A DNA stretch of 64,000 nucleotides, from IMG/VR virus record IMGVR_UViG_3300045972_000071, positions 1 to 64,000 of that record. One strand, given 5' to 3'. This stretch comes from a virus. The position numbers and the translations under genes were made by a program. The notes beneath the pieces are model-generated. The model saw only the letters and a list, made by a program, of their open reading frames with translations. It had not been told where the DNA came from and did not search any database. Each line of letters opens with the position of its first letter. Within the stretch, counting starts at the first letter, position 1. This document shows positions 27,206 to 36,794 of this stretch, in pieces.

Positions 27206-28326
27206 AAGTCGCATTGGTGGGGGTCGGCAACTGTGCATCCTCTCTTGTTCAAGGAGTCAGCTACTACTCAATGAAACAAGAATCCAATATACCTGGTATT
27301 ATGTTCCCTGATATTGGCGGATACAAACCTTGGGACATTGAGTTTGTTGCCGCATGGGACGTTGACTGTAGAAAAGTAGGAGAACAACTAAGGGACGCCA
27401 TCTTTGCTAGTCCTAACTGCTGTCGCTTCTTTCATTGGGAAATTGATGATAACTGCATTGTCAGAAAAGGTCCTGTTCTTGACGGCGTTGCACCTCACAT
27501 GCTTGACTACCATGAAAACATTCACTTTGAACTAGATGATAGTCCTAATGATGATCTGGAAGAAGTTAAATGCATTCTGCGGGAACGTGAAGTGGACGTT
27601 GTTCTCAACTACTTGCCAGTAGGAAGTAAACTCGCTACTGACTTCTGGGTAAGAGCCTGTGTGCAGGCGAGAGTACCGCTTGTGAACTGTATACCAGAGT
27701 TTATTGCTTCTGATCCAGTCTATGAGCGTATGTTCGTTGAAGCTGGTATTCCTATCATTGGGGATGATATGCGTTCACAAGTTGGTGCAAGCGTTCTATC
27801 CCAAGTATTGCAGGAACTTGCATTTGATCGCGGGTGTCATGTAAAGTTTCATCAGCAGATAAATGTTGGGGGTAATACCGACTTTGCAAATATGATGGAT
27901 AATAAGCGTATCCGATCAAAGAAGATATCCAAAGAGAATGTTATACGTTCTCAGAACGATATCAGGGGAATTGAAGCACCGAAAGATTCTATCTATGCCG
28001 GCCCTTCTTCATTCATTCCCTACTTGAAAGATAATAAAGTTGCATACATTCGCATGGAACTGGAGGGATTCGGTGGAGCACCTATTGAAATCGACTGTAA
28101 ATTATCTGTACAGGATTCTGAAAACTCTGCTGGTATTGTTATTGACGCCATTCGTTATCTTAAAGTGGCACATGAAATGGGAATATCCGGAGCGTTACGG
28201 GGACCTTCAGCATGGACACAAAAGACACCACCACAGCAGATGCAATATCGGGATGCTATGGAAGAATGCAAAGCCCTTGCGGAAAGGAGATATACCGAGT
28301 GTACGATAAATCAGGTAAAAAAGTAA
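27193..28326 (+). CDS. ino1: myo-inositol-1(3)-phosphate synthase
   Basis: VALVGVGNCASSLVQG, NYLPVGS, GDDMRSQVGA, NVGGNTDFANM, SKKISK, GPSSFIPYLKDNK, DSENSAGIVIDAIR. Confidence 0.95.
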   Translation: MQKIKVALVGVGNCASSLVQGVSYYSMKQESNIPGIMFPDIGGYKPWDIEFVAAWDVDCRKVGEQLRDAIFASPNCCRFFHWEIDDNCIVRKGPVLDGVAPHMLDYHENIHFELDDSPNDDLEEVKCILREREVDVVLNYLPVGSKLATDFWVRACVQARVPLVNCIPEFIASDPVYERMFVEAGIPIIGDDMRSQVGASVLSQVLQELAFDRGCHVKFHQQINVGGNTDFANMMDNKRIRSKKISKENVIRSQNDIRGIEAPKDSIYAGPSSFIPYLKDNKVAYIRMELEGFGGAPIEIDCKLSVQDSENSAGIVIDAIRYLKVAHEMGISGALRGPSAWTQKTPPQQMQYRDAMEECKALAERRYTECTINQVKK

Positions 28327-28721
28327 TTCAGTCCTTTGATCTTGACGGTGTGATCTTCATCAATGGAAATATACCCGGACTAAGACCTACTGTACATGAT
28401 ATTATTATCACTGGAAGATCCTTCGAAGAAGCAGAAGGAACTTACTGGGCATTAAAAAATGTAGGTATAGATAATCGGGTATATTTCAATCGTCTGCTGT
28501 TCGATGAAAAGACTAGAATCACATCGGGACAGCATAAGGGACGCACTCTCCGCACTCTCATAAGCGAAGGACATAACATCGTCTGTCACTATGATGATGA
28601 TGAAATTCAGATAGCGGAGATCAGCAAATATGTGTCAATACCAATCATTCACATTAAACATGAACTCACTGAGAAGGAGAACATTCGTCATGACCAAGAA
28701 AAAGATAGCAATCCTGTATAG
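28299..28721 (+). CDS. HAD-superfamily phosphatase
   Basis: FDLDGV, ITGR, K, HYDDD; GTG start after AAGGAG. Confidence 0.82.
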   Translation: MYDKSGKKVIQSFDLDGVIFINGNIPGLRPTVHDIIITGRSFEEAEGTYWALKNVGIDNRVYFNRLLFDEKTRITSGQHKGRTLRTLISEGHNIVCHYDDDEIQIAEISKYVSIPIIHIKHELTEKENIRHDQEKDSNPV

Positions 28722-29526
28722 CGGGGGATTAGACAGCTTCATCATGTACAATATGGCAAAGTTTTATCATCCGGGCGATGAAATTATTGCTGTATACTTC
28801 GATCACGGCGCTTCCTACTGTAAGCGGGAGATAGAAAAACTCCCCGACTTTGTGCAAGTACGCAAGCTCGACTGGCTCGATGAAACCCACACTACTGTTA
28901 CACAACCAGGTAGACGTGAAGGTGCAATTATGATACCGGGACGTAATCTGGTGTTTGCTACCGCACTCGTTTGTCAAGAACTACCTGACGAACTTTGGAT
29001 TGGTGCTCTACACGGTGAGACACATGAGAAGGGTACGGACAAGAACTACACGTTCCTTGCTAAGATGAATGAAACCCTTAATTATGTTGTCGGTCCTTTC
29101 CGAAACAAGGTTCCTATGTACTGTAAGTTCCCCCTTGCTGATTTGAAGTTGGATAAACTCGATTCAGTTAAGTGGGCACTCACTCATGGAATTAGTCGTG
29201 AACAACTGATGCGTACTCGCTCCTGTCATGATGGTAGTACAGATAAGTGTGGTGCTTGTATTCAGTGTGTTAAACGATGGGCTGTGTTCGGGGCATGTGG
29301 ATTCACCGAACTGTATGATACACATCCACTTGATTCGGAATTCGGTAAGAAATTCGTATCTGACCTGGTCAAGTGTGAACTTGGGGAAGATGATTACTAC
29401 GGAGAAGAGACAAGAGCGGAGATAATGCCACATCTACATTTCATGGCTAACACATTCCCTTCTCTCTTCGAGGAAGAAACACTTGCTGATATCCGTAGAC
29501 TACAAAATCTGAGTAGGGATTACTAA
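28690..29526 (+). CDS. queC: QueC-like ATP-dependent enzyme (divergent 7-cyano-7-deazaguanine synthase family)
   Basis: YSGGLDS PP-loop, IPGRN, TRSC...CGACIQC; the usual YPDC motif reads GTDK. Confidence 0.85.
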   Translation: MTKKKIAILYSGGLDSFIMYNMAKFYHPGDEIIAVYFDHGASYCKREIEKLPDFVQVRKLDWLDETHTTVTQPGRREGAIMIPGRNLVFATALVCQELPDELWIGALHGETHEKGTDKNYTFLAKMNETLNYVVGPFRNKVPMYCKFPLADLKLDKLDSVKWALTHGISREQLMRTRSCHDGSTDKCGACIQCVKRWAVFGACGFTELYDTHPLDSEFGKKFVSDLVKCELGEDDYYGEETRAEIMPHLHFMANTFPSLFEEETLADIRRLQNLSRDY

Positions 29527-29573
29527 TGGATAGTTCAATCTTTCTCGACTCTTTATTATTCTTGACTTTATAG
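29526..29573 (+). pseudogene. Orphaned original 5' end of the TGT/DpdA-like gene
   Basis: ATG GAT AGT TCA ATC TTT CTC GAC TCT = MDSSIFLDS, coupled to the queC stop codon (TAATG). Confidence 0.88.
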
Positions 29574-29620
29574 AATGCATGATATAATATCCTTCTAACA
29601 TAAATAATTAGGAGGATATT

Positions 29621-30403
29621 ATGTCAGAATGTATTTGGGAAGGTTGCACAGAGGATGGTAATAATAAAGGATACTGTAAAAAACATTATGATAAATGGTA
29701 TTACAAATTGTGTAGAGAGAAAGCCGGACTAGCCCAATATACAAATCAAAATCCCATAAGAAAACGGACAAAAATAACCGGTACATGCAATGTGGAGGGA
29801 TGTGACTCACAAATTCACTGTAAGGGTGTTTGCTACAGGCATTATCTACATCTACGAAATCATGGAGAAATTAGGGAGAGAACTAGAATAACTCCTAATG
29901 ATTTTATCATTGACGGCGACACCTGTAAAATAGGTTGTTATAACATCTACTGTGATCTAGTAGGTTATGCTTTAATTGATGCCGAAGATGTAGATAGATG
30001 CAAACCACATAAATGGTATTTTGAAGTAGATGGTTATGTGAGTAGTACAACAGCAGGAAGTTTGCACCATTTTATATTAGGCACTAAACCTAGAAGTGGT
30101 GTATTTCCAGATCATAAAAACAGAGTATGCCATGATAATAGGAAAGATAATTTAAGAATTGCAACCACATCACAAAATGCCTGTAATTCTAAAATAAACT
30201 CCCGTAATAAAACAGGATATAAGGGTGTTTACTTTAACGGAAAAGAGTTTGTAGTTTATATATGTTCAAACGGTAAAAACAATCTTGTGGGTAAGTACAA
30301 TACGAAGGAGGAAGCGGCTATGATTTACAACCAGAAAGCCAAAGAGCTTCACGGAGAGTTTGCATTTCAAAATACTCTCAAAGAGAGTGTGGTCATTGGA
30401 TAG
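29621..30403 (+). CDS. HNH-AP2 homing endonuclease
   Basis: C/H Zn motifs, LHHFIL...DHKNRVCHDNRKDNLR, TGYKGV...EEAA..YN..AKELHGEFA. Confidence 0.88.
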   Translation: MSECIWEGCTEDGNNKGYCKKHYDKWYYKLCREKAGLAQYTNQNPIRKRTKITGTCNVEGCDSQIHCKGVCYRHYLHLRNHGEIRERTRITPNDFIIDGDTCKIGCYNIYCDLVGYALIDAEDVDRCKPHKWYFEVDGYVSSTTAGSLHHFILGTKPRSGVFPDHKNRVCHDNRKDNLRIATTSQNACNSKINSRNKTGYKGVYFNGKEFVVYICSNGKNNLVGKYNTKEEAAMIYNQKAKELHGEFAFQNTLKESVVIG

Positions 30404-31262
30404 TTCAATATTCCTCGATAGTGGTGCTTTCTCCGCAATGACATCTGGACAGACCCTAGATGTGTATGCCTACATTGATTATGTCAATGAGCATAAGGAG
30501 TTCTTTGATCTGTATGCTAACCTTGACGTAATAGGTTCTGCTGAAGGTACATGGAAGAATCAAAGGATAATGGAGAAAGCGGGACTTAATCCATTACCTG
30601 TCTATCACATCAATGAAGATCCTAAGTTTCTTGCGATGGCAATGGAGTATGATTACTTTGCTGTTGGGGGAATGGCAAGATCGAGTTCCGCTTCATTGCA
30701 GTTCCAAGTAGATGAAATATTCTCTATCATCTGCCCGAAGAGCAACGACTATTTTCCTACTCATAAAATACATGGGTTCGGAACTACTAAACCAAGTATC
30801 ATGGTCAGCTACCCCTGGTACTCTGTTGACTCTTCTTCATGGGTTAAATATGGTCTGTACGGTATTGTGCTGATACCCCGATTCTTTCACGGTAAGCCTA
30901 CATACAATAAGCCACCTATGACTGTTGTTATGTCGAACAGATCAAAAGCAATCGGAGATCAACTCCACTTTGCAAACATTTCAGCAATGGAAAAGGAAGC
31001 TATCCTTAACTACTTTGCTGAGAAAGGTATCTCTATAGGAGAATCTTACATCGTCAATGTTGAAGCAGGGCACGAACTGCTGGACAATGAAGTCTGGATA
31101 AACAAAGAGAAGACGAAAGTGGAACAGATTTGTGAGTACGGTCTGATAAATAATCATGTAGCCCGTGACCATGCAAACTTGCTTTACTTTCTTGACCTTG
31201 AGAAGTTTCAGCAGAAGTGGCCATGGCAGTGGAAAAAGAAATCAGGGAGATTAGATATATGA
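30396..31262 (+). CDS. dpdA: TGT-fold DNA 7-deazaguanine transglycosylase (DpdA-like)
   Basis: FLDSGAF, LDVIG, PVYH, AVGG, KIHGFG, SVDSSSW; lies in the que cluster; TTG start inferred. Confidence 0.8.
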   Translation: MDSSIFLDSGAFSAMTSGQTLDVYAYIDYVNEHKEFFDLYANLDVIGSAEGTWKNQRIMEKAGLNPLPVYHINEDPKFLAMAMEYDYFAVGGMARSSSASLQFQVDEIFSIICPKSNDYFPTHKIHGFGTTKPSIMVSYPWYSVDSSSWVKYGLYGIVLIPRFFHGKPTYNKPPMTVVMSNRSKAIGDQLHFANISAMEKEAILNYFAEKGISIGESYIVNVEAGHELLDNEVWINKEKTKVEQICEYGLINNHVARDHANLLYFLDLEKFQQKWPWQWKKKSGRLDI

Positions 31263-31438
31263 GAATTTACTTAGCAGGGAACTTCCCGCAGTTATCGAAA
31301 AAAGAATCTGAAATGGTCATGGTGGAGAACATAAAGAAAGCGGACTCTGCTTATAACCGACTCATTACTTATTTCTTTCCTAAGTATTGCACCACTGTTA
31401 TCTCAATCAAAAAGGATATGATTGAGGGTAAAATTTAA
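31259..31438 (+). CDS. 59-aa protein, possibly the detached N-terminal segment of the TGT barrel
   Basis: MRIYLAG...NRLITYF; ATGA-coupled to the dpdA-like gene. Confidence 0.55.
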   Translation: MRIYLAGNFPQLSKKESEMVMVENIKKADSAYNRLITYFFPKYCTTVISIKKDMIEGKI

Positions 31439-31496
31439 TTAACAGGTACATGAATTTGTGATATAATCATTATGAATAAAATTAAAAGGAGATGTT

Positions 31497-32525
31497 ATGA
31501 AGATACAAAAGGATGTTCTGCTGTCTGCTCTTATGAAAGTTAAACCAGGTCTTGCAAAGAAGGAAATCATTGAGCAAGCCCAGCACTTCATCTTCTCTAA
31601 CGGAGAAGTAACTACATTCAATGACCAGGTATGTGTCATGCATCCTATCGAATGTGACTTTGACTTCTCTGTAAAAGGTGAAGAGTTTTACAAGATCATA
31701 AGCGGTATATCTGAAAAAGAAATTGACCTCACTATGAAAGAATCTACTCTCCATATCAAAGCGAAGGGCACAAACTGCAAGCTGTCCACACTGCTAGGAG
31801 ATGCTGGATTTGTTGCTCCGCTTGTGCAAGTGTTGCGTGACGCAATATCATCTGACGGGTTCTGGAAGAAACTTCCTACAGAATTTCTTGATGGACTTTA
31901 TCTGTGTGCGTTGTCTGCAAGTAAGGACTTGTCTACTGGTGTAAAGTCATGTGTTGCTATCAAAGGTGAGAACATTTACTCAACTGATGGATTACGTGCA
32001 TCCTTGTATGTTATGGATTCAAGTATCGAAGAGATAATGATTCCTGCCCGTGACGCTCTTGAACTTATCAAGTACAATGTCACGGAGTACGGTGCTTCTG
32101 AAAACTGGATGCACTTCCGCACTACTGATGGTACAGTGTTCAACTGCAAGTCAATGCGTGGTGATTATCCTTACGCTAAAGTTGACCGTCTGTTTGAAGA
32201 TGCTGAACCTACTATCATGTTTCCTGATACGATGAAAGAGTCAGTTTCTTCGGTTCTGATACTCGCTGAGGGAGATGTTGACATCAACAAGACTATAACC
32301 GTATCTGTGAAGAGCGGTAGCATCACGTGCCATGCGGAAAAAGAACGGGGCAGTATAGACAAAACTGTTGAATGTGATTACAGCGGAGACGCATTCTCCT
32401 TCGACATCAATCCGATATTCTTTGCTCAGATATTGTCACATGCCCCTGGTCTTGCTCTCTTTGACAATCGTGCCATGTTCTTGTCAGATAATTTCTGGCA
32501 CGTAATTGCATTACCGGCACAATAA
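31497..32525 (+). CDS. dnaN: Sliding clamp (DNA Pol III beta-like)
   Basis: MKIQKDVLLSAL, YSTDGLR, GDYP, INPIFF; 342 aa. Confidence 0.78.
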   Translation: MKIQKDVLLSALMKVKPGLAKKEIIEQAQHFIFSNGEVTTFNDQVCVMHPIECDFDFSVKGEEFYKIISGISEKEIDLTMKESTLHIKAKGTNCKLSTLLGDAGFVAPLVQVLRDAISSDGFWKKLPTEFLDGLYLCALSASKDLSTGVKSCVAIKGENIYSTDGLRASLYVMDSSIEEIMIPARDALELIKYNVTEYGASENWMHFRTTDGTVFNCKSMRGDYPYAKVDRLFEDAEPTIMFPDTMKESVSSVLILAEGDVDINKTITVSVKSGSITCHAEKERGSIDKTVECDYSGDAFSFDINPIFFAQILSHAPGLALFDNRAMFLSDNFWHVIALPAQ

Positions 32526-32710
32526 TGCTTGATTCTAATCCAAGATTGAAACTGATGCTCACAAAATTAAAAGAACAGGTCGACCGTAACTTCATCGACA
32601 ATGACTGGGCTTGTACTTTTGTGAATGATTGTCATTCCCGTGCTAGTAAAGGCGGGACTTTCACCGTTAAACAGATTGACAAACTTGAAGAATTATTTGA
32701 GAGGTACTAA
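32525..32710 (+). CDS. Hypothetical protein
   Basis: Operonic ORF. Confidence 0.55.
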   Translation: MLDSNPRLKLMLTKLKEQVDRNFIDNDWACTFVNDCHSRASKGGTFTVKQIDKLEELFERY

Positions 32711-32914
32711 ATGGAGCAGCCAGAGAACACCATGATAGAGCGTCCGCAACTGTTTGTTCCCGATGGAATGAAGTTCATTCATGTCCTTCGTAAAGCAATG
32801 CAAGAAGCACGTAAGCATGGTATTGATGAAGTAGCAATGGTAAGAGATATACAGAGTCATAATGACATCAAGGATAGAATGAATAAACTTCACATCTACT
32901 TTGAGGTGGTATAA
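32711..32914 (+). CDS. Hypothetical protein
   Basis: Operonic ORF. Confidence 0.55.
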   Translation: MEQPENTMIERPQLFVPDGMKFIHVLRKAMQEARKHGIDEVAMVRDIQSHNDIKDRMNKLHIYFEVV

Positions 32915-35547
32915 TGGCAAAGGTGAGAGCATTCTTCGATGATGATGAACTTGACTCCGTAGGTATAAACGGGGCTGGAAGCGGTGCATGTGAGAAGTGT
33001 GGTTTAGTTTCAGGATGCAAGACACCTATGATGGGCTATACAGGTGAGGGGAAGAAGAGAATCCTCATCGTTGCAGAAGCCCCAAGCGAAGCAGAAGATA
33101 GAAGCGGTAAGCCGTTCACAGGTGACACAGGTAAATGGTTTGCTGAAAAGTTACGCAATAAAGGTATTGACATTGATACTGATTGCTGGAAAACTAACTC
33201 TGTCGGCTGTCACCCCACTAATCAGAAGGATTGCAAACCCACAAAAGCACAAGTCAAGCATTGTCGTCCACGTGTTATGCGTACTATCGCAGAACTTAAA
33301 CCTAAGTATATATGGTTAATGGGTTCCGATGCCATCTATTCTTACTTCCATGAAAGAGAAAATAATACAAATGTTGATAGATGGAGAGGGCTGTGCATTC
33401 CTGATGTTGAAAAGAAAGCATGGATCATTCCATTGTATCATCCTGCTTATGCTTTAAAGTTAGAAAAAGACGACCATTTTCAATCTACATACGACAGGGA
33501 TTTATCTCATGCCATCCGATGCTCTAAATTTGCAGACCTCCCAGAAGAAATGTCCCTCAAAGGGGCAAAGATCCTCAAGACTTATGAAGAGACCGTTGCC
33601 GCACTCGAAAGAGTATTGGATGAACGTCCGGATAGGTTCGCTTTCGATTATGAGACCACGGGTCTCAAACCCTATCGCTCAGGCCACAGAATAGCTACGG
33701 CATCCTTCTGCTCTGATTATGATACCGCTTATGCATTCCCGTATCAGTATCGTAAGCATTGGGATAATAATCAGCTTACACGAATCGGTGATCTATGGTG
33801 TGATATCATGGAGCATCAAAAAATCAAGAAGATAATGCACAACCAGAAGTTTGAAGATATGTGGACACGTGAAATTATGGGTGTTGACATTGCAAACAAA
33901 TGGTGGTGCTCAATGAACACCGCACATATTCTTGATGGTAGAACAGAGTTCTCAGGTCTTAAATTCCAATCTTTAATTCGTTGGGGAATACCTGACTATG
34001 ATTCTGAGATTGAAAAGTATCTGAAATCCCCTGATAAAAGCACACCATACAACAGGGTCATGGAAGCACCGCTGAATGACTTATTGCTGTATAATGCCAT
34101 TGATAGTCTGCTTACATTCAGATTACAAGAGGAGCAAGAAGATGAACTGGTAAAACTACCTAGTCAAGACAAAGCACGAAACTTCTTTCAGGGAGGGTTG
34201 AACACCTTATGTAACTTGCAAGAGAACGGTATCCCTCTCAATCGTCAATACTACTTGGATCAAGATATTGAGATAGGTAGCAGAATATTGAAGGCAAAAG
34301 AGTCTTTGCACAACTTTGATGAAGCAAAGCGTTTTCTCCGTGATAAAGGACGTGTCATAAACTTCGGCTCCTCTGATGATCTTGTCGAACTGTTCTTCAA
34401 CGTCATGCAACTTCCGAAAGGGAAACTTACCCCGGGGGGTAAACCGTGTGTTGATGCAGGAGTGCTTGCTACGCTTAATACGCCCATTGCAAAAGAGATT
34501 ACCAAGATTTCAAAATTAGAGAAGATCAAGGGAACGTACCTGGGTCAGTTTAATCGGGAGATAGAAGATGATGGAAAACTTCATCCGTTTTTTGATTTGC
34601 ACACAACAAATACTTACCGTGGTTCTTCTTCTTCACCCAACTTTCAGAACATACCAGTGCGAGATTTTGAGGCGATGTCGATCACTCGGGGTGGGATTAT
34701 TCCTTCTTTGGGTAATCAATTGGTTGATTGGGATTACGGTTCTATGGAAGTTAGAATCATTGCCTGTGTTACGCAAGATCCTGTTTTAATGAGGTATATT
34801 GAAGATTCTACTTCTGATATGCATAGAGACCAAGCAAAAGATTGGTTCTCTTTCACTGATGCAGAATGGGCGACTATCGACAAGAAACTGGCAAAAGCTG
34901 TCCGATTTGAATCAAAGAATGGATTCGTCTTTGCTGAGTTTTACGGATCATACTACGGCTCTATTGCCCGAACTATGTTCCCTAAGCTGAAAGAACTTTC
35001 TATCGGTGAAACTAATCTGTTTGAACATCTACGCAGTAAGGGTGTAATTCGATCACTCAGCACTGCCGCTGATGATTTTGAGAATCACACCAAGAGAGTT
35101 GAGCAAAGATTCTGGAATAAGTTTAAAGCGGTAAAAAAGTGGCAAGAGAAAGCATTTGCATCCTATCTTGAAAAAGGATACATCGAACAGATGTTTGGAT
35201 TCCGATGCGGGGGTTGGTTATCTAAGAATGATATATGCAACTACCCCATTCAGGGAACAGCATTCCACTGTCTAGTATGGTCACTAGGACAACTTGACAA
35301 GCGAATGAAAGACGAACGTATGGACTCTTTGCTAATAGGGCAGATCCACGATTGCTGTCTTGGAGATATCACCGTAGATGAACACGATCATTGGTGCCAC
35401 ATGTCTCACAAGATAGCGACACAAGAGATTCGGGAAGCATTCAAGTGGATAATCGTACCTTTAGATATCGAATTTGAAGAGTCTGGAATCAATGAACCGT
35501 GGAGCGTGAAAAAAGAATTTATGCCAAAGTTTTTAAATCATAGGTAG
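32914..35547 (+). CDS. polA: Family A DNA polymerase with an N-terminal family-4 UDG-like domain and a 3'-5' exonuclease
   Basis: CEKC, AEAP, GKPFTG, HPAY (UDG); FDYETTG, HNQKFE, YNAID (exo); SSSPNFQNIP, DYGSMEVR, YG, NYPIQG, QIHD. Confidence 0.93.
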   Translation: MAKVRAFFDDDELDSVGINGAGSGACEKCGLVSGCKTPMMGYTGEGKKRILIVAEAPSEAEDRSGKPFTGDTGKWFAEKLRNKGIDIDTDCWKTNSVGCHPTNQKDCKPTKAQVKHCRPRVMRTIAELKPKYIWLMGSDAIYSYFHERENNTNVDRWRGLCIPDVEKKAWIIPLYHPAYALKLEKDDHFQSTYDRDLSHAIRCSKFADLPEEMSLKGAKILKTYEETVAALERVLDERPDRFAFDYETTGLKPYRSGHRIATASFCSDYDTAYAFPYQYRKHWDNNQLTRIGDLWCDIMEHQKIKKIMHNQKFEDMWTREIMGVDIANKWWCSMNTAHILDGRTEFSGLKFQSLIRWGIPDYDSEIEKYLKSPDKSTPYNRVMEAPLNDLLLYNAIDSLLTFRLQEEQEDELVKLPSQDKARNFFQGGLNTLCNLQENGIPLNRQYYLDQDIEIGSRILKAKESLHNFDEAKRFLRDKGRVINFGSSDDLVELFFNVMQLPKGKLTPGGKPCVDAGVLATLNTPIAKEITKISKLEKIKGTYLGQFNREIEDDGKLHPFFDLHTTNTYRGSSSSPNFQNIPVRDFEAMSITRGGIIPSLGNQLVDWDYGSMEVRIIACVTQDPVLMRYIEDSTSDMHRDQAKDWFSFTDAEWATIDKKLAKAVRFESKNGFVFAEFYGSYYGSIARTMFPKLKELSIGETNLFEHLRSKGVIRSLSTAADDFENHTKRVEQRFWNKFKAVKKWQEKAFASYLEKGYIEQMFGFRCGGWLSKNDICNYPIQGTAFHCLVWSLGQLDKRMKDERMDSLLIGQIHDCCLGDITVDEHDHWCHMSHKIATQEIREAFKWIIVPLDIEFEESGINEPWSVKKEFMPKFLNHR

Positions 35548-35605
35548 TCAAAACTGTGCTATTATCAAAGTAACAGAAGTGCAAATAAGAAAGTAAGGAG
35601 TTATT

Positions 35606-35863
35606 ATGACATCAAAGAAGGCACAAGCATTTCAAGCTGATCTTGAAGAACTGGTCAAGAAACATGACGTTTTCTTGAACGGTACATTTCAGATGAAGGG
35701 CGAAGATGAGGACGACATTGCCGTAGTGTCCATCGGACAAGCGTCTATTGGGGATGTTAAATCCAGTATGCATCATCTTCTGGAACAATCCTACAGTATC
35801 ATTGCAGAAATTCTGATCGAAAACATAACTTCGGGAGGGGACGCCAGTGCCACTACACATTGA
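35606..35863 (+). CDS. Hypothetical acidic protein
   Basis: RBS TAAGGAG. Confidence 0.6.
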   Translation: MTSKKAQAFQADLEELVKKHDVFLNGTFQMKGEDEDDIAVVSIGQASIGDVKSSMHHLLEQSYSIIAEILIENITSGGDASATTH

Positions 35864-36794
35864 CTGTCGCCCCTCGTCACTTGAAACAGTGATGGGGAAT
35901 GAGGGAGTTAAAGATGCCCTCAGAAATAAATTCACGAAAAACCCCGGCACTGTGTTTGATCCACCCCATTCAGTTCTGTTCGTAGGACCATCAGGGTGCG
36001 GTAAAACTACTCTCGCACGTATTACAGCTACAATGCTCGGATGTGCTCCAGAAGATGTTCAGGAATATAATTCCTCGAATAACAGGGGAATCGACACTAT
36101 CCGGGAGATTGCACAAAACTGTCTTTACTCTCCGACATTCGGCTCAGTGAAAGTTTACATTCTGGACGAAGTGCACCGCATGACAAAAGATGCCCAAAAC
36201 GCTCTGTTGAAACTGCTGGAAGATACACCGAAGCATGTTTTCTTTCTGCTTGCAACAACTGACCCGGAAATGCTGATTAAAGCAATACTCACCCGGTGCA
36301 TGAAATTTGAAGTGAAGTCATTGCCTAATCCACAAGTGATGAAACTTCTCTGTAATACCGTTCAAGATGCTGGCATTGCACTGACCGACTTCTCTGAAAA
36401 AGTGCTCCAACTCATTGTAAAGACAGCAGAAGGATGCCCTCGTCAAGCTCTCATTCTTCTTGACTCAGTAATTGATATAGAAGATGAAGAGAAAGCACTG
36501 GCAGCCGTATCAGAATCAACGGCAAGCAGTACGGAAAGTCTTGATCTTTGTCGCTTACTGCTTGAAACGAGAAAGAACAGATGGGATGATGCCCGATTCT
36601 TGTTGAAGGGATTGATGGATGATCCTGAGAAGATGCGTTATGGGATTCTCGGATACATGAATGCTGTTCTTATGTCGGACAACTGCAAAGACCCAGATCA
36701 TGTATCCGGTGTGATTGACATGTTCACAGAATCTTTCATGTACTCTGGCAAAGCAGGATTGTCCAATGCAGTATTTCAGGCTTGCAAACTGTGA
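35847..36794 (+). CDS. dnaX: Clamp loader ATPase (DnaX gamma/tau-like)
   Basis: RP, GPSGCGKTT, GIDTIRE, ILDEVH, AQNALLKLLE, ILTRC, GCPR. Confidence 0.88.
   Translation: MPLHIDCRPSSLETVMGNEGVKDALRNKFTKNPGTVFDPPHSVLFVGPSGCGKTTLARITATMLGCAPEDVQEYNSSNNRGIDTIREIAQNCLYSPTFGSVKVYILDEVHRMTKDAQNALLKLLEDTPKHVFFLLATTDPEMLIKAILTRCMKFEVKSLPNPQVMKLLCNTVQDAGIALTDFSEKVLQLIVKTAEGCPRQALILLDSVIDIEDEEKALAAVSESTASSTESLDLCRLLLETRKNRWDDARFLLKGLMDDPEKMRYGILGYMNAVLMSDNCKDPDHVSGVIDMFTESFMYSGKAGLSNAVFQACKL

Noticed and set aside
29553-30422. Group I intron or intein in the dpdA-like gene (also considered for queE and DUF932)
   Set aside because: There is no room for a ribozyme core outside the ORF, no terminal G at the junction, stop codons are in frame, and a duplicated terminus makes splicing unnecessary.
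23075-31262. Auxiliary tRNA queuosine pathway
   Set aside because: No queF, queA or queG and no tRNAs. The TGT-like protein lacks the C-terminal Zn site of tRNA TGTs and sits beside the replisome genes, which favours DNA modification.
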